DNA of 64,000 nucleotides from the NCBI GenBank assembly GCA_937625935.1, contig OW569360.1:186001-250000 (forward strand), given 5' to 3'. Positions within the stretch are counted from its first letter, which is position 1, and every line of letters starts with the position of its first letter. Below the pieces are notes generated by a model. The model was not told where the DNA came from and ran no database searches. It saw only the letters and a list, made by a program, of their open reading frames with translations. The position numbers and the translations under genes were made by a program. This DNA comes from Tetramitus jugosus (Eukaryota > Protista > Heterolobosea). Positions 52,916-61,040 of the stretch are shown piece after piece.

Positions 52916-53546
52916 ATGAAATCATCTACAGCAAAAGCATTTCAATGGGTTGCATTAGCTATCCATTCCATTGCGTTCGTTGGTCTATTGTCTCTTCAGG
53001 ACTTTCCTGCCATGACTCAAGGATATGCTCGTCACTGGAAATTCTTCACTGTTTGGACTCATACGCTGAACCTTTTGTTTTACATTATCAGTGTGGTTAA
53101 CGTTTTACCCCATAATCTTACTTCGTGGCTCTTCAAGTTGAGTTTTACGTGCTCCATCTGTGTGAGCAGCATGTTCTGGGGTATTGTGTTCGTGGGAGGT
53201 GATGATGCGTTTAAATTGGACCCTAAGATTTATCCAAATTGGTTGAACCATGCACAACATACATTGCCATGTATCATTGCTACCCTTGAGCTCATTCTAG
53301 TTGAATATGCCTATCATTCACTCAAGTTGGAGTTGTTGGTCATCTTGGCTTTTGCGTCTTCCTACTTGGGATTTTCATTCTACCTCAAGAGTTCGAACGG
53401 GTGGTATCCATATCCGTTCATGGAACAGTTTGAGCCAACACATTGGGTTGTGTTTTGCCTTCTTGCTGCATCAGCTGCAGCCTTTATCCACACTTGTGGA
53501 ATTGCTCTCAAGATCCATTCATACCCAGAAGGCAAAGAAACAATAA
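52916..53546 (+). CDS. FAR-17a/AIG1/ADTRP-family membrane lipid hydrolase (3' end frame-disrupted or fused)
   Basis: WKFFTVWT (catalytic Thr region), WLNHAQHTLP (His) and WYPYPF; multiple TMs. End coordinate is inferred from a +1-frame stop. Confidence 0.75.
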
Positions 53547-53626
53547 AGGGCATCCGATTTTTTTGTAACCAAAATTGTTTCGAAGGAAGGACGCAACAAA
53601 AAAACAAAACCACAAAAAAGCTGAAG

Positions 53627-55630
53627 ATGACCAGGAGTAAAGCACCGAAGAAAATCACCTTTTCACCGAAGCGGTCAATGAAATCCTTCTTGGTTACCAA
53701 TGACTACCATGATGAAGAGTTGAGTCCTGTTCCTCTTCTTCGGGTCTCTCCTCAAAAAACCAGTTCGAGTGATTTCTCGAACTTGACAAACAGCTTCCAT
53801 GACGAAGAAGTAGAATGGGATTTGATGAATTTTGAGTTTGAGAGAGAGGAAGAAGTGGAAGAAGAGGAAGAACTCGTGGAATTATATGTTGAGATCACGG
53901 ATGACGATGAGGATGAGCTCCAGGATGACAAGCCATCAGAACACGGAGAAGTAGCGAGTGTTGCAGTTCGAATAGAGACTCATAAGATTATGAAAGAAAA
54001 AATTTCAGACTGGTCCCTGGATCCCAAAGAGCCAAAAGCAGCACTTGGTATGTTTCCCATTGGTGGACAGAGCCATCATTTGCCTCCTCAACAATATGAA
54101 AGTGAGCAAGAGGAGGACGATGATAGAGATGGAGACTATTCAGATAATGAACAAGAAGAAGAAGAAACGGAATTGAATGCAATGGATCTCCGCGAGTTCA
54201 AAAAATCAAAGAGAACGAAACGATATGCACGTCATAGAGAGGAAGACTTGGAAGAGAGACACGCTAAACGTATCAAAGAAAGTTCACAAAATGTTGTAGA
54301 AAGAATCAGAATACGAGACTATGTTCATAAATTTCCAGTGGAGACAAATGATGGATTTCACAAAACAACAAGCGAAAAAACTTGGAAGAAGTACTCGGAT
54401 GGATACATGTTTTCTTTAGGTGGAGCTGTAATTGAGCCGTCGATTATGGACAGTGCCTTTGACAATTTTATTAATTCCGCAATTGCTAGTACTCCGAAGG
54501 AAAATGAACAGTTTGGGCTGTACAGCATTTACATGTATACTAAAATGATTCGAGCAAGGATGGGCGAAGACGCCATTGTCTCTTCGTATGTTATGTCTCA
54601 GTTCGAAAGGTTCTTACTGGATTACCGCAGTAAGATATTGAATTCATCTGATAGATCATTTTTGGAGTACGTGAAGAAGGAAACAAAAGGGTTACGCTCA
54701 AACAGTTCGATACTACCTTACTTGTCCAAAAATTGCTTCAAATTGGAAACTATTGTGCGATACTTTACATTAATACTAAATAGCTGCTATCTGAGGAGTA
54801 ATTATTATGTTGATGTACGTCATATGTGGTACCCCAAATTTTATGACTTTTTGTATTCGCTTAGTCGCTTTTTCGAGGATGCAGCCTCTGCAGAACACTT
54901 CCTATTATGTTCCAAGCTATTTATTTTCGATACAAAACAAAAATTGGAAACTCTTGCTGTCAAGAAGACACACTCCACAAACTCTAACTTTGAGATCTTG
55001 TGGAGAGTGTACCAAACGGCATTGGCGCGAATGTTTGAGAGTTCCAAAGAGATCCAGTACGTTGAGACATGTGTCGAGATGATCGTAGATCTGATGGCAG
55101 ATATATGGACTCAATTGCCATTGGACGCAACAAGGTTCGCAGGAACCATTGGTGGATTGTTTGATGCTATCATGGGTGTTATAAGTGTTACCCGAGAAAG
55201 CTATTATTTACATCTTCAGCGACACATAGCAGTCAGGACTACAAATCAGGCATACCCCCGTGTTGGTGTGTTAGTTTGGATCAATTACTCAAAGTACTTC
55301 CTAGAAATCATCAGGGAATACACTCCGTACTTTATTAATGGATTAGATCGTCCACCACAGCGAAATAATCAACTATCTCTTGAATCATTCGTGGGATTCT
55401 ATAGCACATTGCACAAACAATGTGACACTCGTGAGAAGAAGGAGCAATTTCTAAGCTGTGTAATGGGCTTTATCGAGGGAGTGATAGTGGAAAATGGATA
55501 TGATACTGTTGTGAAAGATTCTGAATTTGAAGCTGCTTGTAAAGAAATTGTGGAGGTGGCTCGTACTTGGAGCGAAGTGCAAGTGATCGCTGACACCATA
55601 TGTCCAATGGTCCTATCATTATTTTCTTAG
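53627..55630 (+). CDS. Unknown protein with acidic N-terminal half and helical C-terminal half
   Basis: ATG follows an A/C-rich leader typical of genes here; long open frame; no family recognised. Confidence 0.6.
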   Translation: MTRSKAPKKITFSPKRSMKSFLVTNDYHDEELSPVPLLRVSPQKTSSSDFSNLTNSFHDEEVEWDLMNFEFEREEEVEEEEELVELYVEITDDDEDELQDDKPSEHGEVASVAVRIETHKIMKEKISDWSLDPKEPKAALGMFPIGGQSHHLPPQQYESEQEEDDDRDGDYSDNEQEEEETELNAMDLREFKKSKRTKRYARHREEDLEERHAKRIKESSQNVVERIRIRDYVHKFPVETNDGFHKTTSEKTWKKYSDGYMFSLGGAVIEPSIMDSAFDNFINSAIASTPKENEQFGLYSIYMYTKMIRARMGEDAIVSSYVMSQFERFLLDYRSKILNSSDRSFLEYVKKETKGLRSNSSILPYLSKNCFKLETIVRYFTLILNSCYLRSNYYVDVRHMWYPKFYDFLYSLSRFFEDAASAEHFLLCSKLFIFDTKQKLETLAVKKTHSTNSNFEILWRVYQTALARMFESSKEIQYVETCVEMIVDLMADIWTQLPLDATRFAGTIGGLFDAIMGVISVTRESYYLHLQRHIAVRTTNQAYPRVGVLVWINYSKYFLEIIREYTPYFINGLDRPPQRNNQLSLESFVGFYSTLHKQCDTREKKEQFLSCVMGFIEGVIVENGYDTVVKDSEFEAACKEIVEVARTWSEVQVIADTICPMVLSLFS

Positions 55631-57516
55631 CTGCTATGTTTCTGTTCAAAGTCCTTCATAAATTTGATTAACTTATCTACTGTGTTGACTGAAGTTGCAT
55701 TGTAGATTGAAGCTCGAATGCCTCCTACTGATCGATGACCTGCAAGACCGACGAGTCCAAGGGATGCTGCTTCATCGACAAACTGTTTCTCTAGGTCTTT
55801 ATCAGCTTTAACTCTGAACACAACATTGATACGTGATCTGCAATGTGGCATGACAGGACATGTGTAAATACTAGACTTCTCAATTACGTCATAAAGCTTC
55901 TGCGAGCGGTCAATGCATCGTCTATTCATTTCTTCTACTCCGCCATTCTCTTTGATCCACTTGAGGACGAGCTGAGTGGCATAGATTGCGAATGTAGGTG
56001 GTGTGTTCGTCATTGAACCACCATCTTTCAGATATTTGTAATCCAAATAAGAAGGAATTGCGTGAGAAGCCTTACCGAGTAAGTCCCCACGAACGATAAC
56101 AATGGTCAAACCAGCAATACCAAAGTTCTTCTGAGCACAACTATAGATCAATCCATATTTCTTCACATCAACACTTCTCGTGAACAAATTAGAGCTCATA
56201 TCGCAAACCAAGTTTCCACACTCTGAGACATTCACAATCTCAGGGATACCAGGAAACTCGACGCCATGAACAGTTTCATTATCGCAATAGTAGGTATAGT
56301 CACTCACTTGATTGAATGAAAATTGTTCGGGAATAGTGGTGAACTGAGTGGATGAGCAGTCGGCAGCACTATGGATAATACTGCGATGAATGGAGGATAG
56401 TTTCTTTGCTTCTGCAATGGCTTTCTTTGACCACTCACCAGTGACAATATAACTGGCATTGGAGTGCGCCAAGTTCATTGGAATGGATGAAAATTGCATT
56501 GTGGCACCACCTTGCACAAACAAAACTTCATAATCTGAAGGAACATTGAGCAATTCTCTCACAAGTTGTTCCGTATTGTTCAAAATGTCTTCGAATTCTC
56601 TTGTTCGATGACTAAACTCCATGACTGAGATACCCGATTGTCCATAGCTCAACAAATCTTGATTCATTTTATGTACGACTTCAGTAGGCAGTACAGCTGG
56701 TCCAGCAAACAAATTGTTCGTTTTGCTTCGTTCCTTGAGTCCAAAGTGAACCTCTGAAAGCAACTTTAGCAGTACCAATTCCAACTCGTGCGTATTCATG
56801 ACATAGTAATCTGCCAATTGTTTTGTTTGTTCAAACTGGAGCCACTCACCATAACCAATGGCATAATGTGCTACTCCTTCCAATTTGACTTTCATGTCAG
56901 ACACACCATCTCCGACCATGATCACAGGGAATGGCGATTCTGCTGTTGCGAGTGATCGTTGCACCATCTTGGACTTTCCGTGAATCAACATTTCATCACT
57001 CTCGGACACTTGCATGCGCTCCGTGTCCAATTCGACACAATGGACATGATGACCTGGAATTTGGAACAATTGTTGCACAATGGGCTCCACAATGCATCGA
57101 GGTCCTTGACTCACAACTCGAATAGGCACCTGAGGGAACAATCTTCGAATCTGATTGATCAAATTCTTCATGCCAGGTGTAGCAATCTCCTCACATCTCT
57201 GTACATAGTCTCTCATGTTTTGAATCGTTGGCTTGGCAATCGCAAGTCTTCGATTGTACGATTCGAGCATGGATATTTGATTGGTGATGCCCAGATTGGT
57301 AATTTGTTCAATCTCACGCACCAGGTGGTTTTGATCAGAGGTTTCAGAGTCATTATTTACAAGAGACGACAATGATGATGATCCATCATCAGTTGTGGTG
57401 GCATGGGTGTTCAACAATTGTTGCTGTTGTTGTTGTGCAGTCAAACTGTCTTTCAACAGTTGAACCAATGATTCATCACGAATCAGTGTACTATCGAAAT
57501 CGAAAACAAGTGCCAT
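55627..57516 (-). CDS. Fused phosphoserine phosphatase (SerB-like HAD) and phosphoserine aminotransferase (SerC)
   Basis: N-terminal FDFDSTL, VSQG, K and GDGVSD; C-terminal FAGPAVLP, QGGATMQF, NETVHGVEF, DMSS, AQKNFG (PLP Lys) and GHRSVGGIRASIYN. Confidence 0.9.
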   Translation of the reverse strand: MALVFDFDSTLIRDESLVQLLKDSLTAQQQQQQLLNTHATTTDDGSSSLSSLVNNDSETSDQNHLVREIEQITNLGITNQISMLESYNRRLAIAKPTIQNMRDYVQRCEEIATPGMKNLINQIRRLFPQVPIRVVSQGPRCIVEPIVQQLFQIPGHHVHCVELDTERMQVSESDEMLIHGKSKMVQRSLATAESPFPVIMVGDGVSDMKVKLEGVAHYAIGYGEWLQFEQTKQLADYYVMNTHELELVLLKLLSEVHFGLKERSKTNNLFAGPAVLPTEVVHKMNQDLLSYGQSGISVMEFSHRTREFEDILNNTEQLVRELLNVPSDYEVLFVQGGATMQFSSIPMNLAHSNASYIVTGEWSKKAIAEAKKLSSIHRSIIHSAADCSSTQFTTIPEQFSFNQVSDYTYYCDNETVHGVEFPGIPEIVNVSECGNLVCDMSSNLFTRSVDVKKYGLIYSCAQKNFGIAGLTIVIVRGDLLGKASHAIPSYLDYKYLKDGGSMTNTPPTFAIYATQLVLKWIKENGGVEEMNRRCIDRSQKLYDVIEKSSIYTCPVMPHCRSRINVVFRVKADKDLEKQFVDEAASLGLVGLAGHRSVGGIRASIYNATSVNTVDKLIKFMKDFEQKHSS

Positions 57517-57915
57517 GTTTGTATTATATTATATTATTATATTGTTGTGGTTGTTGATATGTTTGTGGTTGTGTGGTGATATGGCTTTGTTTTTGGATGT
57601 GTGTGTGGCACAAAGTTTGGTGGTGATGATGTGTCCTTTCGGTTCCAGCACAAGATTCCATCCAGAGCTCACCATGGAGAATTTTTGTTGTGGTGATGGA
57701 TTTGCGGGTTGATGCAATCTTTTGGGAAATCTTTTGCGGTTCCTGTGAATTTTCTTGATGATTTGTCATATCTCTTTATCAACCACATAGAACAGAAAAG
57801 CATGTCAAGGGATGTTTTGACGGACATAAGATAGATCTAAGGACGCACAGAAAACGACCCACAAATTTCCCCGAAAATTTCGAGTGGTGAAAAAAGTCGG
57901 GATAATTGACATGGA

Positions 57916-57988
57916 GCCGAAATAGCTCAGTTGGGAGAGCGTGAGACTGAAGATCTTAAGGTCGCGTGTTCGATCCACGCTTTCGGCA
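57916..57988 (+). tRNA. tRNA-Phe (GAA)
   Basis: GCCGAAA/TTTCGGC acceptor stem, D arm, anticodon loop CTGAAGA, TTCGATC T-loop; T-run terminator just downstream. Confidence 0.97.
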
Positions 57989-58012
57989 CACTTTTTAGCA
58001 ACCAAACTGAAA

Positions 58013-59281
58013 ATGAGAAACCTGATTCGATATCCAGCAGTGATCGCTAGCGGTGGTGTGCGAACAGGCCAACTATCGCCTGTAGGTTCAGCCTTTCGAT
58101 CATTTTCTGCCCTATCCGTGAGCATGGATCGATCATCACCACCGGTTGTGAGTCATGATGACCGAGATGATGATGTTGGAGATGCAGCTCCTTCTTCTTC
58201 GAGTCAGACGGCACAGAAGCGACAAACCGTTTTCATTAAGCCTGTCAATGTACAATACAAGAGTGCAGCGTTCAATGATCTGTGCTACAGTTGGAAGAGA
58301 CGCTACTTTACAACGTTCAACACAAAGTATCCAGGTATTTTGAATGATGGACTGAGGCACAACATTGGCAGCACCATGTACTTTATCGATGCTCACATTC
58401 AGGCAAACAGAGAACAAATGGAAGATTTGACACAGTTTGACTTGGATATCTTGCAGGTGGGAAAGGACTTCCAACAGGAGAATCTGCATCAATCACTATT
58501 GAAGGATCCATCGAAGCGAAAGCCTCGTCTGCCAACAACTGCAGTGTTTTCTGTTTATGATGGACATGTTGGATTTGAGTCTTGCTTGTTCCTGAAACGA
58601 AATCTGCTCCGGAATTTGTTGTTGGAAGAGGGTGGTGCCATCACGGATCATGCCCAGTTTCTGTCATCCGACGAGAGAATTGCTACTGCCTTCTTGAAAA
58701 CAGACTGGAGTATGCATCCAGTTCGTTATAAAAAGGGTGGTTCAACAGCCTTGGTTGTTATGATCAAAGAGAGCATCGATGGAGAGAGTTACGAAATTAT
58801 TTGTGCCAATGTTGGTGATTGCAAAGCCGTGTTGTTCGATGGAGAGAAGATTGTTCCATTGAGCCATGAGCATAAACCAAACATTCCCCAGGAGAAACAA
58901 AGGATAGAGCAAGCGGGTTATAAAGTGTCTGTGACAGGTCGCGTCAATGGACTGAATATATCGAGAGTGTTTGGCGATATGAACTGGAAAGAAGAGAGAA
59001 CAGACGAGAGCCAAGAACCAAGGAAACGTGCCATCACAGCAGAACCAGAAATCATAAGGTACACCCTACACTTGAACCACAGCAATGAATTAAGACACAA
59101 ACAGTTTATTGTCATGGGATCAGACGGGATGTGGTCAGAGAATACAGAAGAAGGAGCTGTAGATGTTGTTCGTTTGAATGGTGTGAGATCCAAGTCAGCA
59201 ATCTCTCTGCTAGACAATCAACATGACGACAATGCTTCGGTCATACTAATCGATTTCAATTTTGATCCTGCAGGTGGATGA
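58013..59281 (+). CDS. PP2C/PPM-family protein phosphatase, probably mitochondrial
   Basis: REQMED, VYDGHVG, GSTA, ANVGDC, SRVFGD, GSDGMW and DDNAS; presequence-like N-terminus. Confidence 0.92.
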   Translation: MRNLIRYPAVIASGGVRTGQLSPVGSAFRSFSALSVSMDRSSPPVVSHDDRDDDVGDAAPSSSSQTAQKRQTVFIKPVNVQYKSAAFNDLCYSWKRRYFTTFNTKYPGILNDGLRHNIGSTMYFIDAHIQANREQMEDLTQFDLDILQVGKDFQQENLHQSLLKDPSKRKPRLPTTAVFSVYDGHVGFESCLFLKRNLLRNLLLEEGGAITDHAQFLSSDERIATAFLKTDWSMHPVRYKKGGSTALVVMIKESIDGESYEIICANVGDCKAVLFDGEKIVPLSHEHKPNIPQEKQRIEQAGYKVSVTGRVNGLNISRVFGDMNWKEERTDESQEPRKRAITAEPEIIRYTLHLNHSNELRHKQFIVMGSDGMWSENTEEGAVDVVRLNGVRSKSAISLLDNQHDDNASVILIDFNFDPAGG

Positions 59282-59307
59282 AAATAAATGTACAAAATTG
59301 TTTCACT

Positions 59308-60888
59308 TTACTTTTCTTTGCTCTTATCCTTGATCAAGCTCATTGCCAGCACTTGCCAGATGATGATCACCACAAAGAATAGAACAATTGTCAATGGATT
59401 ATTCATAATAGCTCGCACTCTCTCCCCTGTTCCAATTCTCTCTTCCATAATCTTCTTGAAAGAATCAGTCTTTGGTGTAATGTCAATCGCAAAAATCTTA
59501 TCGTTCGCTGTAAAGTAACCAGTGACCATAATTCTATCACCTTTGACCAAGGATGCAATTGCCTTGCGTTTCCTGCGATTCAAGGTATAGTTTGCATCCT
59601 GACTACTCAAGAGAAACTTTGGTACTCTTCTCTTGTATTCAATAAAGGATAGTTTGGTGAACATGGACTTGTCAATTCTCAACTTCAAGTTACCAATCCT
59701 CAAATAGAGACCAAATTCTGCATTCTTTGTGACAGTACCCTCCAATCGCACCAACTTATCACTCAAATCCTCGCTATTGAACAAGTACTGGCGTTTCCAA
59801 TCAGTGATAAGCATTCCCAAGCGTTCATGAACCGATTTGCCGCTCGTCTTTTCATTGCTGCTCGTTGTCAAGTCACATGCAATGGAGCGAGGTGCTTCAA
59901 TCTCAGTGACGGCATGAGTCACTTGAACCACAAACTGAGCATCAGAAAAAGCTGCCAACTCATCAGCAAACGGCAAAATTCTCAAAAAGTAGGCAAAACC
60001 ACGAATGCGATACACAACGTTCAATGATTGCCAATCTCTCATGAATTCACTCTCCTGGAACAAGCAGATGAACTTGAATTGATTGCTTCTCTTGAATTGA
60101 ACAGCAACAAAATTAGGATGATACCATTCCAACAATTCACAATCAAAACTCATTCTCCAATCCACCTTCCAATACCTCATTCTCTCAAATTCATCCAAAC
60201 TCTGCAATCTAGTGTTCAACAAGTGATGGCGCTTGTTGTCATTTTTTACTTGATTGACCAGGAAATGAAAACGAGGAACAATGACCTTTGGTTGTTTCTT
60301 GTTGGTGTGATTCGTAGTAGTCGTAGTAGTACTAGTCGTATTCTTCTTCTTCTTCTTGGTGGTGGTAGTGGTGGCAGCAGTAGTAGTAGTAGTAGCAGGA
60401 GTAGCAGTGGTTGTTGTAGCTGCTGTTGGTGCAGTCTTTTTAGAACAAGCTTGTTTATTGTTGGATTTGTTGTTCTTGTTGTCATCTGCATCACCTTGGG
60501 ACAATAGAATTTTGGTGTCATTGACTGCTCGGATCAAGTCATGAATCGAATGCTGTCTCACCCAACGACTATAAACATAAAATGTATACAATGATGATGA
60601 TGGTGGTGGTGATGATGTGACAGCAGCAGCAGCAGTAGTAGTAGTAGTCGTATTGATGTTGTTATTTTTAGTGCGCAAATGACGATATCGATTATGATAC
60701 ATGGGTATGAGTGATTGAGGCATGAGACGAGACAGTGGACACAAATCAATGGCTTCTCTCTCAATCAATGTGGACCAATGTGAGTGAACGAGACGACAGG
60801 GGAGAATGTCATCGATTGGATCACAGAATTGAAGAATTTTTTTGAGTAGGAGATGACTGTCCTTGTTTGTTGGGGAAAATAAAGTCAT
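59308..60888 (-). CDS. F-box protein with possible OB-like region and C-terminal transmembrane anchor
   Basis: LLKKILQFC...CRLVHSHW F-box; LVKGDRIMVTG; hydrophobic C-terminal helix followed by a basic tail. Confidence 0.55.
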   Translation of the reverse strand: MTLFSPTNKDSHLLLKKILQFCDPIDDILPCRLVHSHWSTLIEREAIDLCPLSRLMPQSLIPMYHNRYRHLRTKNNNINTTTTTTAAAAVTSSPPPSSSLYTFYVYSRWVRQHSIHDLIRAVNDTKILLSQGDADDNKNNKSNNKQACSKKTAPTAATTTTATPATTTTTAATTTTTKKKKKNTTSTTTTTTNHTNKKQPKVIVPRFHFLVNQVKNDNKRHHLLNTRLQSLDEFERMRYWKVDWRMSFDCELLEWYHPNFVAVQFKRSNQFKFICLFQESEFMRDWQSLNVVYRIRGFAYFLRILPFADELAAFSDAQFVVQVTHAVTEIEAPRSIACDLTTSSNEKTSGKSVHERLGMLITDWKRQYLFNSEDLSDKLVRLEGTVTKNAEFGLYLRIGNLKLRIDKSMFTKLSFIEYKRRVPKFLLSSQDANYTLNRRKRKAIASLVKGDRIMVTGYFTANDKIFAIDITPKTDSFKKIMEERIGTGERVRAIMNNPLTIVLFFVVIIIWQVLAMSLIKDKSKEK

Positions 60889-61040
60889 GCTGGCTGATAT
60901 ATATGGTGTGAATGATGAGAATAATACGTTGTTTGTGTTTTTTGTGTTTTTTTTTGATGACGATCGTCATTTTTCTCCGGTTCTATTCTGACGACAGCCA
61001 TTCGAATTGAGCGAGGAAGCAACGAATACAACATGACTTT

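Noticed and set aside
57524-57769. 81-aa minus ORF upstream of SerB-SerC and an Sm-like AATTTTTG
   Set aside because: Composition matches A/C-rich leaders and no snRNA fold was recognised; a uORF cannot be excluded.
57805-58125. ORFs running through the tRNA on both strands
   Set aside because: Explained by the tRNA-Phe gene.
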